Source: Hydrurus foetidus
Lineage: Eukaryota
Length of the DNA: 64,000 bases
Direction of reading: 5' to 3'
NCBI GenBank assembly: GCA_900617105.1
Contig: UYFQ01000001.1
Span: forward strand, 434,001 to 498,000
In this document: piece after piece, positions 39,398 to 50,479 of the stretch
How the letters are laid out: each line of letters starts with the position of its first letter
How positions within the stretch are numbered: position 1 is the stretch's first letter
Program-made: the position numbers and the translations under genes
Notes under the pieces: generated by a model
Told to the model about the DNA's origin: nothing
The model's input: only the letters and a program-made list of their open reading frames with translations
Databases searched by the model: none

Positions 39398-40312
39398 TTA
39401 TGCCATGACTACTTGATTTCTGCCACGCTTCTTTGCAGCGTACAGAAGTTGGTCTGCAGTCTCGATCAGTACGCGCTTATCTCCGTTCGTCTCGGGGTAA
39501 AGTGTGGAGAGCCCCACACTGACTGTTACCGTTTCCCCTGTGGGCGCGCCTTCGTTGGGCAGTTGAAGCTGGTGTATGGCATGTACGAGCTTGTCGATGA
39601 CGACGCGCGCACTTGAACTGGTGGTATTGCCGAATACATACGCAAATTCTTCACCACCGAAACGGGCACATAAATCACCCGGACGATTTTTCTGCGAATC
39701 CAGTGCGGCTGCTATTTGCATCAGGTAGTCGTCGCCAGTCTGGTGACCATAGCGGTCGTTCACCCGCTTAAAGTAGTCGATGTCAATCATGGCCAGGGTG
39801 AGGGGCAGTTGTTGTCTTGCGCAACGGCTCCATTCCGAATCCAGAAAATCGTCAAACGCTCTGCGGTTGGCAATGCCGGTCAGGCCATCCAAGCGCGAGA
39901 GGGCCGCAACGGCTTCTTCTGCCAGTTTTCGGGCAGTAATATCGTTGTGCTCAATCAGAAAAAAAGCCTCTTCACGGTACGCCATGGGTTTTGCCGTCAT
40001 CATGAACCAGCGGTTTTCTTCAGGGCTGCTACAGGGGTATTCAAGAGAGAAAACGCCACGTTTGTCGCGCACCAGCTTCCTGATCCCGGCCGCCGCGTTG
40101 AGTCCGAACTCATCGCCAGATGCGGCGGCGCTGTCACACACGCTCAGATAGTTGACGCCTTCCCAGCTAGGGCCGGTCAAGCATGCATTGGTTCTACCGA
40201 ATTCGGCCCAGGCGCGGTTGATGAACCGAATCAGTCCATTGGCATCGATCACAACAATGTGTCCCGTCAGCGAGTCGATCGTGAGCTTCAGGAATGCATA
40301 GGATTCAATCAT
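39398..40312 (-). CDS. PAS-GGDEF diguanylate cyclase
   Basis: DGLTGIANRR, DIDYFK, RPGD I-site, ARFGGEEF. Confidence 0.92.
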   Translation of the reverse strand: MIESYAFLKLTIDSLTGHIVVIDANGLIRFINRAWAEFGRTNACLTGPSWEGVNYLSVCDSAAASGDEFGLNAAAGIRKLVRDKRGVFSLEYPCSSPEENRWFMMTAKPMAYREEAFFLIEHNDITARKLAEEAVAALSRLDGLTGIANRRAFDDFLDSEWSRCARQQLPLTLAMIDIDYFKRVNDRYGHQTGDDYLMQIAAALDSQKNRPGDLCARFGGEEFAYVFGNTTSSSARVVIDKLVHAIHQLQLPNEGAPTGETVTVSVGLSTLYPETNGDKRVLIETADQLLYAAKKRGRNQVVMA

Positions 40313-40450
40313 TGTTGCGTGCCTTGAGCTTAATTTTGTTTAGCAGTGTGTAGCACCCATTAAGACTTCGTAATTGAGGGGCTATTTAATCGACTCACAG
40401 TAAGCATCGCACCGTTGATCAGCCGCGTGGTCGCGTCTGCTAGAGCGCAG

Positions 40451-41434
40451 TCAGTTCGGGTCTTCAGTAACCGCTTTGTGGCGGGTATGCTCAAGCCGCA
40501 GTGCCACTAACCGCACCAAGGCGCGTGCGTTGGCACCTGCGGTGTGTATGGGCAGGGTCAGTGCCTGAACGCAGTCGCCCTCTGCAATGGGCAAGTGCCA
40601 GTCGGGCAGTATGTTGTGCAAACGCCCCGCTGCTACGTCCTCTTGCACGCAAAAGTCGGGTGCCAACACGACCCCTTGGCCGAGACGTGCCAGCGCAACC
40701 AGGGCTTCGAGGCTGTCGGCGCTGATGTGCGGCTGCAGTTCCACGGTTTCGCGGGCCTGGCCGCTGTGGCTGTGCCACTGCAGCGGCCAAATTTGTGCGC
40801 CGCCTTCGAGCATGAGCAAAGGCCATTGCTGCAGCGCTTGAGGGCCCGCCAACGGCGATGCCACGCTACTGTACGCACCAATGCGATAGCGCAGCACCGG
40901 CTGGGCGACACAGTCCTCAGGGGGCGTTCGGGTAATGCGAAAGGCCACATCCACGCCCTCGCGGACCAGGTCTACTCGCCGCTCGGTGAACATCAACTCC
41001 ATGGCTACGCCAGGGTGCGTACGGCCAAACTCGGCCAGTAAAGGCAACAGCACGCTGTAGCCGAAGGCGCGCATGCTGGTGATGCGCAAGCGCCCCTGCA
41101 GGGCATCGCTCTCCTTTCGCAACGCCATGCGTGCCGCGTTAGCTGCCTCGTGCACAACTTGGGCCCGTGCCGCCAGAGCGCGCCCTGCCTCGGTCAACCC
41201 CAGCGAGCGAGTGGTGCGTGCCAGCAGCGTCTGGCCCACCAGCTGTTCCATGGCGGCCACGCGGCGGCTGACGGCCGCCCGCGTCAGCCCCAGTTGGCGC
41301 GCGGCGCGTGAAAAGCTCCCGGCAGCAACCACTCGGGCAAACAACTCCAGCGCGTTGGCATCCAACGTCGAGGTCTCGCGATGGCGGTGCAGTTGGGTTG
41401 CAGACAAGCTAAGCACGTCTTTTGGTGAGTTCAT
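40451..41434 (-). CDS. LysR-family regulator
   Basis: GSFSRAARQLG..AVSRR..RTTRSL.LTEAG; true start may be the TTG at 41365. Confidence 0.9.
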   Translation of the reverse strand: MNSPKDVLSLSATQLHRHRETSTLDANALELFARVVAAGSFSRAARQLGLTRAAVSRRVAAMEQLVGQTLLARTTRSLGLTEAGRALAARAQVVHEAANAARMALRKESDALQGRLRITSMRAFGYSVLLPLLAEFGRTHPGVAMELMFTERRVDLVREGVDVAFRITRTPPEDCVAQPVLRYRIGAYSSVASPLAGPQALQQWPLLMLEGGAQIWPLQWHSHSGQARETVELQPHISADSLEALVALARLGQGVVLAPDFCVQEDVAAGRLHNILPDWHLPIAEGDCVQALTLPIHTAGANARALVRLVALRLEHTRHKAVTEDPN

Positions 41435-41499
41435 GTAAACAGTGTGGTTAAAAAATTTGGTCTATTCAACAACTTAGTACAAATCTACCATGCAGCTTC

Positions 41500-42558
41500 A
41501 TGAACCACCTGTTTGGAGACGCTATGTCCTTTTCTATATCCGCTGCCCACTCTGCCACGTATGAGAGGACAGTGTTGGTGTTCCCCGACCAAATGCACCT
41601 GGACGCCAATCTTCCATTCCAGAACGAACTCGCCCCGCAGGACGTGGAGGTAAGCATGGACGCGGTGCAATTTGCCGCAACGGATGGTCACCCTCTGCAC
41701 GGTCACTGGTTTTTGCCGCAGCAATGTCCCGCTCATGCCGTGGCGGTCATTGCTCCGGCCACTGGTGTCCCGCAGCACTACTACCACGCATTTGCCCGCT
41801 GGCTTGCCGCACGTGGCTATGCCGTGTTGTGTTTTGACTACCGAGGAATGGGAAAGCGAAACAGTGCCACAGGACGCACCGGCATGCGCGAGTGGGTGCG
41901 CCACGACCTTTCCGGGGCGCTGACCTGTGCGAAGGCGCGTTGCAACCACCGTGACCAAGGCTTGCCCTTGCTGTGGGTCGGGCACTCCTTGGGTGGCAAT
42001 GGATTGCCGATGGTGCAGGGGCTCAAGCACATCAACGCCGTCATTACCCTGGGCTCCCAATTCGGATATTGGAAACTGTGGCCGCGTGGATGGCACCGCC
42101 AGATTACCCGTGTGTTTTATGGGGGCTGGGTCCCGCTGTGTGTGCGTCTTACCGGAAGGCTGCCGGGTTGGGCGTTGGGCGGTGGTGAGGCGCTGCCAGG
42201 GGTTGCCGCCATGGACTGGGCTCAATGGGGCATGTCTCCGGGGTACTTTCGCGATGACCCAGCGTGCTCAGGCTGGTACCAGCCTGAGCAATTTCAGGGT
42301 CACATGCAGCTGTGGAGCATTGACGACGACAAAACTTTTGGCCCGGTAGATGCTGTGGACGCACTCGCGGCGTGCTTTGATCAGAGTGCGGGGAAGGTAG
42401 AGCGCCTGCACCTGCTTCCGCGCGCGGTAGGGCGCAAAGCGGTTGGGCATTTTGGCGTGTTCCAGCGCGTGTCTGAAGCGGAAATTTGGCCCCTGTTGTT
42501 AAAACACATTGAGGCCAAGGTGCCGCTCTTACGCCCTGGGGTGGGCGTTGCTTCCTAG
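41500..42558 (+). CDS. Alpha/beta fold hydrolase
   Basis: FDYRGMG, GHSLGG nucleophile elbow, VGHFG; start uncertain. Confidence 0.88.
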   Translation: MNHLFGDAMSFSISAAHSATYERTVLVFPDQMHLDANLPFQNELAPQDVEVSMDAVQFAATDGHPLHGHWFLPQQCPAHAVAVIAPATGVPQHYYHAFARWLAARGYAVLCFDYRGMGKRNSATGRTGMREWVRHDLSGALTCAKARCNHRDQGLPLLWVGHSLGGNGLPMVQGLKHINAVITLGSQFGYWKLWPRGWHRQITRVFYGGWVPLCVRLTGRLPGWALGGGEALPGVAAMDWAQWGMSPGYFRDDPACSGWYQPEQFQGHMQLWSIDDDKTFGPVDAVDALAACFDQSAGKVERLHLLPRAVGRKAVGHFGVFQRVSEAEIWPLLLKHIEAKVPLLRPGVGVAS

Positions 42559-42777
42559 CCAGGCAGTGTCAGATCACGGATTGGAGCGCAAAGCAGTTTT
42601 CTGCAATGCGCATTGTGTTTGATGAAAGCATACCTTCCATTGACAACGCTGATCCGAAAGGTGGCTTACCAGAGTCTTTCGTGAGCGATATCCATTTGCT
42701 GCTAGGTCAGAAAAATTCTGTAACAAAAACAACAGCTTAAAAAAGGTATTCAGGGTATTCCCGAGAGGTTCGATAGG

Positions 42778-42794
42778 TTGGCTTGTCCTTTGCA
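42778..42794 (+). promoter_or_regulatory. Sigma54 (-24/-12) promoter of the hox operon
   Basis: TTGGCTTGTCCTTTGCA (GG-N10-GC); IHF-like AAACAACAGCTTA upstream; NtrC-family HoxA in the cluster. Confidence 0.7.
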
Positions 42795-42898
42795 ATAACG
42801 GTTAGGCCTGCACACCTTGTGGGGCCGCCAGTCTCCCAGGCTTCCCCCGGCCGCAGGGTTTCCGGTGCAGTTCAAAAAGCAATTGGAGACACGCCACG

Positions 42899-43987
42899 AT
42901 GGAAACTTTTTACGAGGTGATGCGCCGCCAAGGCATATCCCGCCGCAGTTTTTTAAAGTACTGCTCGCTGACGGCGACATCGCTGGGCCTTGGCCCTGCT
43001 TTTGTGCCGCAAATCGCCCACGCCATGGAAACCAAACCGCGCACACCCGTGCTGTGGTTGCATGGTCTGGAATGCACTTGCTGCTCGGAATCGTTCATCC
43101 GTTCAGCGCATCCGCTGGCCAAAGACGTGGTGTTGTCAATGATTTCGCTGGATTACGACGACACGCTGATGGCCGCTGCCGGGCATCAGGCCGAAGCCAT
43201 CCTTGAAGAGATCATGGTCAAGTACAAGGGCAATTACATCTTGGCTGTGGAGGGCAACCCGCCTTTGAATCAAGATGGCATGAGCTGCATCATCGGTGGC
43301 AAGCCCTTTATCGAGCAACTGAAACATGTGGCCAAGGATGCCAAAGCCATCATCTCCTGGGGGTCGTGCGCCTCATGGGGTTGCGTGCAGGCGGCCAAGC
43401 CAAACCCCACGCAGGCCACGCCGATCCACAAGGTGATTTTCGACAAGCCCATCATCAAAGTGCCCGGTTGCCCACCGATTGCCGAGGTGATGACGGGTGT
43501 GATTACCTACATGTTGACGTTTGACCGCATCCCTGAGCTGGACCGCCAGGGCCGCCCCAAAATGTTTTACAGCCAGCGCATCCACGACAAGTGCTACAGA
43601 AGACCCCATTTCGATGCCGGTCAGTTTGTCGAGAAATTTGACGACGAATCCGCACGCAAGGGCTACTGCCTCTACAAAGTGGGCTGCAAAGGCCCGACCA
43701 CCTACAACGCTTGCTCCACCACCCGCTGGAACGAGGGCACCAGCTTCCCGATTCAGGCTGGGCACGGTTGCATCGGTTGCTCGGAAGACGGCTTCTGGGA
43801 CAAGGGTTCGTTCTACGACCGCCTGACCAACATCCATCAGTTCGGTATCGAAGCCAATGCTGACCAAGTGGGCGGCACGGCGGCGGCTGTGGTGGGCGCG
43901 GCTGCGGTGGCACACGCGGCGGTATCGGCCATCAAGCGCGCTTCGCAAGCGAAAAATTCCGGTGAGACGGTTTCTACCGATCTTTGA
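42899..43987 (+). CDS. hoxK: Membrane-bound [NiFe]-hydrogenase small subunit, O2-tolerant type
   Basis: Tat [15 protein letters not shown] and SCASWGC carry the two extra Cys of the [4Fe-3S] cluster. Confidence 0.97.
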   Translation: METFYEVMRRQGISRRSFLKYCSLTATSLGLGPAFVPQIAHAMETKPRTPVLWLHGLECTCCSESFIRSAHPLAKDVVLSMISLDYDDTLMAAAGHQAEAILEEIMVKYKGNYILAVEGNPPLNQDGMSCIIGGKPFIEQLKHVAKDAKAIISWGSCASWGCVQAAKPNPTQATPIHKVIFDKPIIKVPGCPPIAEVMTGVITYMLTFDRIPELDRQGRPKMFYSQRIHDKCYRRPHFDAGQFVEKFDDESARKGYCLYKVGCKGPTTYNACSTTRWNEGTSFPIQAGHGCIGCSEDGFWDKGSFYDRLTNIHQFGIEANADQVGGTAAAVVGAAAVAHAAVSAIKRASQAKNSGETVSTDL

Positions 43988-44016
43988 GCACGACAAACAA
44001 ATATAAGGAATTAGCC

Positions 44017-45873
44017 ATGGGTGCTTACGAAACACAAGGGTTCAAAATGGACAACACCGGGCGGCGCATCGTCGTCGATCCGGTCACGCGCATCGAAGGT
44101 CACATGCGCTGTGAAGTCAACCTGGACAGCAACAACGTGATCCGCAACGCCGTCTCTACCGGGACGATGTGGCGCGGTTTGGAAGTGATTTTGAAGGGCC
44201 GTGACCCGCGCGATGCCTGGGCTTTCGTCGAGCGCATTTGCGGTGTCTGCACCGGCTGCCACGCACTGACCTCGGTACGTGCCGTGGAAGACGCACTGGG
44301 CATCGTGATCCCCAAGAACGCCTATTTGATCCGCGAGATCATGGCCAAAACGCTGCAAGAGCATGACCACGCCGTGCATTTCTACCACCTGCACGCGCTG
44401 GACTGGGTGGATGTGGTGTCTGCGCTCAAAGCCGATCCCAAGAAGACCTCAGAGCTGCAACAAACCGTGTCGCCCAGCCACCCGATGTCGTCACCCGGCT
44501 ACTTCCGGGACGTGCAAAACCGCCTGAAAAAATTCGTTGAAAGCGGCCAGCTTGGCCCCTTTATGAACGGCTACTGGGGTTCCAAAGCCTATGTGCTGCC
44601 CGCTGAGGCCAATTTGATGGCCGTCACGCACTACCTGGAAGCGCTGGATTTGCAAAAGGAATGGGTCAAGATCCACACGATTTTTGGCGGCAAAAACCCG
44701 CACCCCAACTACCTCGTGGGCGGCATGCCCTGCGCCATCAACATCGACAAAGACGGTGCTGCCGGTGCCCCTGTCAACATGGAGCGTCTGAACTTTGTCG
44801 AGGCCCGCATCAAGGAGATGATCGAGTTCAACAACAACGTCTACATCCCCGATGTGCTGGCGATTGGCACCATCTACAAAAATGCCGGTTGGCTCTACGG
44901 CGGTGGCTTGTCTGCCACCAATGTGTTTGATTACGGCACCTACGAAAAAGTGATGGGCCGCAAAGAAACCCAGCAACTCCCCGGTGGCGCGATTTTGGAT
45001 GGCAACTGGGACAAAATTTTGCCCGTTGATCCGCGCGACCCCGAGCAAGTGCAAGAGTTTGTGCCGCACAGTTGGTACAAATACGCCGATGAAACCAAAG
45101 GCCTGCACCCTTGGGATGGCGTGACCGAACCCAACTATGTGCTGGGTGACAAGACCAAAGGAACGCGCACCGACATCAAAGAGATCGACGAAAGCGCCAA
45201 GTACTCGTGGATCAAATCGCCCCGCTGGCGCGGCCATTCGATGGAAGTGGGGCCACTCTCACGCTACATCCTCGGCTATGCGCACGCGCTGCAGGGCAAC
45301 ACCTACTGCCAGCGCGTCAAAGAGCAGGTTGATACCTCGGCGATGATTATCAACAAGGCTTTCCCCAAAGCGTTGGGAATGCCCGAGACACAGTACACCG
45401 TGAAGCAGTTGATGCCCACCACCATTGGTCGCACCTTGGCACGGGCTTTGGAAGCCCAGTATTGCTGCGAAATGATGTACGACGATTTCAAAGAACTGGT
45501 TCAAAACATCAAGAGCGGCGACACCGCCACCGCCAACGTCGAGAAATGGGATCCCGCCACTTGGCCCAAAGAAGCCAAAGGCGTGGGCACTGTGGCCGCA
45601 CCACGAGGCGCCTTGGGTCACTGGATCAAGATTAAAGATGGCCGCATTGAGAACTACCAGTGCGTCGTGCCCACCACCTGGAACGGCAGCCCGCGTGACA
45701 ACAAAGGCCAGATCGGCGCGTTTGAAGCCAGCCTGATGAACACCCCGATGGTCAACCCCGAGCAGCCCGTGGAAATCTTGCGCACGCTGCACTCGTTTGA
45801 CCCTTGTCTGGCTTGTTCCACCCATGTGATGAGCCCGGACGGTCAAGAGCTGACCAGCGTGAAGGTGCGCTAA
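44017..45873 (+). CDS. hoxG: Membrane-bound [NiFe]-hydrogenase large subunit
   Basis: [24 protein letters not shown] plus cleavable tail; ATG 44017 after AAGGA. Confidence 0.97.
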   Translation: MGAYETQGFKMDNTGRRIVVDPVTRIEGHMRCEVNLDSNNVIRNAVSTGTMWRGLEVILKGRDPRDAWAFVERICGVCTGCHALTSVRAVEDALGIVIPKNAYLIREIMAKTLQEHDHAVHFYHLHALDWVDVVSALKADPKKTSELQQTVSPSHPMSSPGYFRDVQNRLKKFVESGQLGPFMNGYWGSKAYVLPAEANLMAVTHYLEALDLQKEWVKIHTIFGGKNPHPNYLVGGMPCAINIDKDGAAGAPVNMERLNFVEARIKEMIEFNNNVYIPDVLAIGTIYKNAGWLYGGGLSATNVFDYGTYEKVMGRKETQQLPGGAILDGNWDKILPVDPRDPEQVQEFVPHSWYKYADETKGLHPWDGVTEPNYVLGDKTKGTRTDIKEIDESAKYSWIKSPRWRGHSMEVGPLSRYILGYAHALQGNTYCQRVKEQVDTSAMIINKAFPKALGMPETQYTVKQLMPTTIGRTLARALEAQYCCEMMYDDFKELVQNIKSGDTATANVEKWDPATWPKEAKGVGTVAAPRGALGHWIKIKDGRIENYQCVVPTTWNGSPRDNKGQIGAFEASLMNTPMVNPEQPVEILRTLHSFDPCLACSTHVMSPDGQELTSVKVR

Positions 45874-45927
45874 GGCCACAACACGACTTAAGCGATCCTC
45901 AATTTTGCTTTCTCAGGAGACATTTCA

Positions 45928-46539
45928 ATGAAAAAAACCAAATATCCGCAAGTTGTATATACACTGGCAGCTATAGTTTTTGCAGTAACTGCTTTACCTG
46001 CCCACGCCCATCCTGGCCACGGTGTGGAGGGGTTGGCCGCAGGGCTGGCCCACCCGTTCATGGGCCTTGACCATGTGCTGGCGATGGTGGCGGTGGGCCT
46101 GTGGTCAGCGGCCATGCTGCCCAAATCAGCACGGTTGGCTGGGCCAGCCCTGTTTGTGGTGATGTTGCTGGTGGGCGCGGTACTGGCGATGGCCGGTGTG
46201 GTGCTGCCAGGGGTCGAGCCCGGCATTGCGGCCAGCGTGGCCTTGCTGGGAGCGCTGTTGCTGATGGCGCGGCGCGTGGGCGTAGCGGCCGGTTTGGCGT
46301 TGATCGCCGCTTCGGCTGTGTTCCACGGCTTTGCGCATGGCGCTGAGATGGGGGCAGGGCAGTTTGTCACTGGCACGGCTGCGGTGTATGCCGCTGGCTT
46401 CATGCTGGGTTCCGCTGCACTGCACGGCTTGGGGCTGGCCGCTGGCACGTTCATGCAGCGTTTGCCAGTGTGGGTTGGCCGCAGCGTGGCGGCACTCATG
46501 GGCGTGTCGGGCTTGGTGCTGCTGGCCACGCGCTTGTAA
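45928..46539 (+). CDS. hupE: HupE/UreJ nickel transporter
   Basis: AHPGHG, HPFMGLDHVLAM, FHGFAHG. Confidence 0.92.
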   Translation: MKKTKYPQVVYTLAAIVFAVTALPAHAHPGHGVEGLAAGLAHPFMGLDHVLAMVAVGLWSAAMLPKSARLAGPALFVVMLLVGAVLAMAGVVLPGVEPGIAASVALLGALLLMARRVGVAAGLALIAASAVFHGFAHGAEMGAGQFVTGTAAVYAAGFMLGSAALHGLGLAAGTFMQRLPVWVGRSVAALMGVSGLVLLATRL

Positions 46540-46574
46540 GCACATGGCCAGCACGTCCTCAACGGAGAAACACC

Positions 46575-47339
46575 ATGTCCACAGCCCAAGTTACCGCCGT
46601 TAATACCGCCGTGAAAGCCCGGCAAGCCCTGCCTCAGACTGAGGCCGCAGACGATGCGGTTGAGGTGGCGCAGGCCACGTCGATCAAATCGGTCTACGTC
46701 TACGAGGCGCCCGTGCGTATCTGGCACTGGATCAACGCCCTCGCCATCACCGTATTGGCCGTCACCGGTTACTTCATCGGTTCCCCCTTGCCCACCATGC
46801 CAGGGGAGGCCAGTGACCACTATGTGATGGGCTACATCCGCTTTGCGCACTTCGCTTCTGGCTACGTACTGGCAGTGGGTTTGCTCGGGCGCATCTACTG
46901 GGCTGTGGTGGGCAACCATCATGCCCGTGAGTTGTTTTGGGTGCCAATTTTTCAGCGTGCTTACTGGGTTGAGGTCTGGGGCATGGTCAAGTGGTACGCC
47001 TTTATCAGCACCCGCCCTGGCCGCTATGTGGGGCACAACCCGTTGGCCCGGTTTGCGATGTTTTTCATGTACTTTTTGACGGCTGTGTTCATGGTGGTGA
47101 CGGGCTTTGCGCTGTACGGCGAAGGCACGCAAGCTGGCTCATGGGCTGAGCGCGTGTTTGGTTGGGTGATACCGTTGTTTGGTCAGTCGCAAGATGTCCA
47201 TACGTGGCACCACCTGGGCATGTGGTGGTTGATCGTGTTCATCATTGCGCACGTGTACGCAGCCATTCGTGAAGACATCATGGGCCGCTCCAGCGTGGTC
47301 AGCACCATGGTGTCGGGCCACCGCACCTTCAAAGACTGA
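46575..47339 (+). CDS. hoxZ: Hydrogenase b-type cytochrome subunit
   Basis: VYVYEAPVRIWHW, RFAHF, GHNPLA, HTWHHLGMW. Confidence 0.95.
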   Translation: MSTAQVTAVNTAVKARQALPQTEAADDAVEVAQATSIKSVYVYEAPVRIWHWINALAITVLAVTGYFIGSPLPTMPGEASDHYVMGYIRFAHFASGYVLAVGLLGRIYWAVVGNHHARELFWVPIFQRAYWVEVWGMVKWYAFISTRPGRYVGHNPLARFAMFFMYFLTAVFMVVTGFALYGEGTQAGSWAERVFGWVIPLFGQSQDVHTWHHLGMWWLIVFIIAHVYAAIREDIMGRSSVVSTMVSGHRTFKD

Positions 47340-47350
47340 GAAAGACCGAG

Positions 47351-47710
47351 ATGGCGACCTCACGGCGTTCGGGATGGTTGGCTGGCGTTGCTGCTGAGGG
47401 CGGCTGCCCCAGCCTGCCCGCCGGTGTACCTCCCCGTGCGCCCTGGCACCCAGGGCGCTTTTTGAGCCGTAACTACCTGGCCCCACTGGGCCTGTCGCAA
47501 ACCGATGCGGCCCACTTGCTGGGCGTATCGCGCCGCCGTCTGCACGAGCTGGTGCAAGGCCAGCGCAGCATGACACCCGACACCGCTATCCGCTGTGCCT
47601 TGGTGTTTGCCTCCGATGCTGCCTTTTGGCTGTCGCTGCAAGCGGCTTGGGACAGCTTCCATGCGTGGAAGCAGTTGCAGCAACTGCGCTCGCAGCCCTG
47701 CATCCGTTAA
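47351..47710 (+). CDS. Orphan HigA-like XRE HTH protein
   Basis: HPGRFL..YLAPLGLSQ..A..LGVSRRR..G.RSMTPDTA...FWLSLQ; no adjacent toxin. Confidence 0.8.
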   Translation: MATSRRSGWLAGVAAEGGCPSLPAGVPPRAPWHPGRFLSRNYLAPLGLSQTDAAHLLGVSRRRLHELVQGQRSMTPDTAIRCALVFASDAAFWLSLQAAWDSFHAWKQLQQLRSQPCIR

Positions 47711-47739
47711 TCCCCTTTTTTTGAAGAGTTGAACCCACC

Positions 47740-48420
47740 ATGAGCCCTATTCCGTCTCAAACTGCTTGTCACCAGGGTGGTGACAAGCCTCAAAAAATGC
47801 CAGAAACCATTTGCGTTTTAGGCATCGGCAACGTGCTCTGGGCTGACGAAGGTTTTGGTGTGCGCTGCATCGAAGCCTTGCAAAGCCGCTACGAATTCGC
47901 CGAGCATGTTCAACTGATTGATGGCGGCACCCAAGGCCTCTACCTGATCCAGCATGTGCAAGATGCCAAGCGTCTGCTGATTTTTGATGCCATCGACTAT
48001 GGCCTCGTGCCCGGTACCCTCAAAACCGTGGCCGACGACGAGGTGCCCCGGTTCATGGGCGCTAAAAAAATGAGTCTGCACCAGACCGGTTTCCAAGAAG
48101 TTCTGATGCTTGCCCTGTTGACCGAAAAGTACCCTGAAAAGGTGCTGTTGATTGGCTGCCAGCCCGAAGAGCTGGACGACTACGGCGGTAGCCTGCGCCC
48201 CGTCGTCCGTGCCGCCATGGAAGACGCGCTGGCCTTGGGGCTGCAAACCCTGCGCGACTGGGGCGCAGCCCCCACACCCCGCACAAGCCCCTTGAGCGAG
48301 CGTGAAATGGTGACGTTTTCTGAACTCGAAATTGCCCGGTACGAAGAGCAACGCCCCACTGTGGCCGTGGCCTGCCGCGTTGGTGACGAGCGCTTCTTCC
48401 CTGCGCGGGACGGGGCTTGA
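47740..48420 (+). CDS. hoxM: Hydrogenase maturation protease
   Basis: LGIGNVLWADEGFG, DGGTQG, SLHQTG. Confidence 0.93.
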   Translation: MSPIPSQTACHQGGDKPQKMPETICVLGIGNVLWADEGFGVRCIEALQSRYEFAEHVQLIDGGTQGLYLIQHVQDAKRLLIFDAIDYGLVPGTLKTVADDEVPRFMGAKKMSLHQTGFQEVLMLALLTEKYPEKVLLIGCQPEELDDYGGSLRPVVRAAMEDALALGLQTLRDWGAAPTPRTSPLSEREMVTFSELEIARYEEQRPTVAVACRVGDERFFPARDGA

Positions 48421-48421
48421 C

Positions 48422-48796
48422 ATGTGCATAGGTATCCCCATGCAAGTCACCGCCACCTCGCCCGGCTACGCACAGTGTGCAGGCCGTGGCGACGTGCGTC
48501 GCGTGCGCACCGCGCTGGTCGGCGATGTCGCCATCGGGCAGTGGCTGCTGATCTTTATCGACAGCGCCCAAGAGTGCATCACCCCTGAGCGCGCCCAAGA
48601 AATCAACGCCACGTTGGACTTGATGGAAGCAGCCATGAACCGCGAGCCCGATGACATCCTGGGCATGACCGTGGGCTTTGCCTTGCCCTCAGCGATGAGT
48701 GTCGTGCAGCTTTTGGCCCTGTCGGGTACACCCGCCACCACGCCATCCGCCCAACCCCTTGATACCGCAGAACCTACTTTGGAGATTTCCCCATGA
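48422..48796 (+). CDS. hoxL: HypC-family chaperone HoxL/HupF
   Basis: MCIGIPMQV N-terminus. Confidence 0.88.
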   Translation: MCIGIPMQVTATSPGYAQCAGRGDVRRVRTALVGDVAIGQWLLIFIDSAQECITPERAQEINATLDLMEAAMNREPDDILGMTVGFALPSAMSVVQLLALSGTPATTPSAQPLDTAEPTLEISP

Positions 48797-49323
48797 GCAC
48801 TGAAACACTTGAAGTGGCCGGCAGCGAAACGCTGGTCAAACTCCCGGTGCAAGCACCGAAAGCACCGCCCGAAACCTCCCCACTGATCGAGCGCCTCGTC
48901 ACCCAGTTCAATGCCACCTGGGTGGATGAAACCAACATCGCCGCGTGGTCAGCCGAAGGCGGCGACCGCGTGGTGCTGTTTGCAGGCGACCCGGTGCAGT
49001 TCCCCGAGGGGCTGGACGTGGCCGTGGTGTTGCCCGAGTTGCAAAAAGCCTTGAACGGCTGCTTCCATATCGGCGTGGTGCAGCGCCACTTGGAACAAGC
49101 CCTGGCGCGCCGCTATGGCTCGCAGCGCTGGCCCACCTTGATGTTCATGCGCGACGGCCAGTACGTCACCACCCTCAGTGGCATGCACGACTGGGACGAA
49201 TTCATCGACGAAATGGCCAAAGCCCTGGCCATGCCCACCTCGCGCGCGCCCAACATCGGCATCCCCGTGGTCAGCGTGAACGCCAGCGGTACACCCGTCA
49301 CGTCTGGCAGCTCTTGCCACTGA
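48793..49323 (+). CDS. hoxO: Hydrogenase expression protein HoxO/HyaE
   Basis: DVAVVLPEL, RYGSQRWPTL; conserved gene position. Confidence 0.88.
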   Translation: MSTETLEVAGSETLVKLPVQAPKAPPETSPLIERLVTQFNATWVDETNIAAWSAEGGDRVVLFAGDPVQFPEGLDVAVVLPELQKALNGCFHIGVVQRHLEQALARRYGSQRWPTLMFMRDGQYVTTLSGMHDWDEFIDEMAKALAMPTSRAPNIGIPVVSVNASGTPVTSGSSCH

Positions 49324-49338
49324 AAATAAGGTTCTCCC

Positions 49339-50232
49339 ATGAAAGACTTTCCTATTCCCGTTGTCAGCATTGGTGTTGGTCCTGGCAGCCAGCCCGAAGA
49401 AGAGGTGCTGGACTACATCACCATGCCCCAAGGCATGGGCTACTTTCGCCCGCCCGTCTTGCCTGAACCCGAAGAACTCGCTGAGCGCGTCGGTGCGCAC
49501 ATCGCCTTGCGTGCCGCCCTGGTGGAGTTGGATGCCGTGTGCAAAGGCAGCGCCAACCGCAGCGTTGATTTGAACCACTTGTCCGTCCTAGACCGCACCC
49601 TGGTGAACCAGGTGCTGGGCGAAGGCGAGGTCAGCGCCATCCTCAAAAGCATCGGTCAGGAGGGTGTGGACGGTGGTGAGGGCTTCGTGGAACTCAGCGT
49701 GCAAGAGTCGGTGTTTGCGGGTGTCTGGCGCGTCATCCAGTCGGTGAACGGTGCTGTGGTATCTGACTTTTTAGAACTTGGTGCTGTGCCCGAAATTTTG
49801 ACCACCACCGCTGAGCAAGACTGGTGGGAAAGTGTTCCCCGCTGGAAGGGTGACTTGCCCCCTAACGTGCAAAACGCTCCCTCGCTCTTGGCCGAGATTG
49901 AAGACCAGTGGCGGCAATGGAAGCCCGGCCAACCCCCGCATGTGGTCAACCTCACGCTGCTGCCCATGTCCGTTGAAGACATTGGGTTCATGGACCACCA
50001 CCTGGGCACGGGCCGCGTGCTGATTTTGTCGCGCGGCTACGGCAACTGCCGCATCACCAACACCTGCACACCGCACTGCTGGCGCGTGGTGTACTACAAC
50101 TCGCAAGATTTGGTGATTTTGAACACTGTGGAAGTCACCGAAATTCCCGAGGTGGCGCTGGCCGCACCGGAAGACCTGATCGACTCCTACGACCGCCTGA
50201 AAGAAGTGCTGGAGTGGGTGGAACACGCATGA
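49339..50232 (+). CDS. hoxQ: Hydrogenase expression protein HoxQ/HupH
   Basis: VLGEGEV, NLTLLP, ILSRGYGNCRI, YYNSQD. Confidence 0.92.
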   Translation: MKDFPIPVVSIGVGPGSQPEEEVLDYITMPQGMGYFRPPVLPEPEELAERVGAHIALRAALVELDAVCKGSANRSVDLNHLSVLDRTLVNQVLGEGEVSAILKSIGQEGVDGGEGFVELSVQESVFAGVWRVIQSVNGAVVSDFLELGAVPEILTTTAEQDWWESVPRWKGDLPPNVQNAPSLLAEIEDQWRQWKPGQPPHVVNLTLLPMSVEDIGFMDHHLGTGRVLILSRGYGNCRITNTCTPHCWRVVYYNSQDLVILNTVEVTEIPEVALAAPEDLIDSYDRLKEVLEWVEHA

Positions 50233-50242
50233 GGGCACACGC

Positions 50243-50479
50243 ATGATCTCTAGCAGCGTTCCTCGCTTTGAAGGCAGCTTTTTAGGCAACGGTACGCGCC
50301 TGCCCGCCCACACGCGGCTGGAGTGCAAAATTTGCTGGTACGTCTACGATCCCGCCTTGGGCGATCCGGTATGGCAAGTCGATGCAGGCACCGCTTTCAA
50401 CGACTTACCCGCCCACTGGCGCTGCCCCGAGTGCGATGGCGATGCCGAGCAGTTCATGGTGTTGGTCGATGGGAACTGA
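50243..50479 (+). CDS. hoxR: Rubredoxin HoxR
   Basis: ECKICWYVYDP...WRCPEC. Confidence 0.92.
   Translation: MISSSVPRFEGSFLGNGTRLPAHTRLECKICWYVYDPALGDPVWQVDAGTAFNDLPAHWRCPECDGDAEQFMVLVDGN

Noticed and set aside
40328..40344. GCTTA-N7-TTAGC (and TCTAC-N7-TGAGC at 43973) as motif copies
   Set aside because: Core-like only; the downstream GC positions are absent, so they were not counted.
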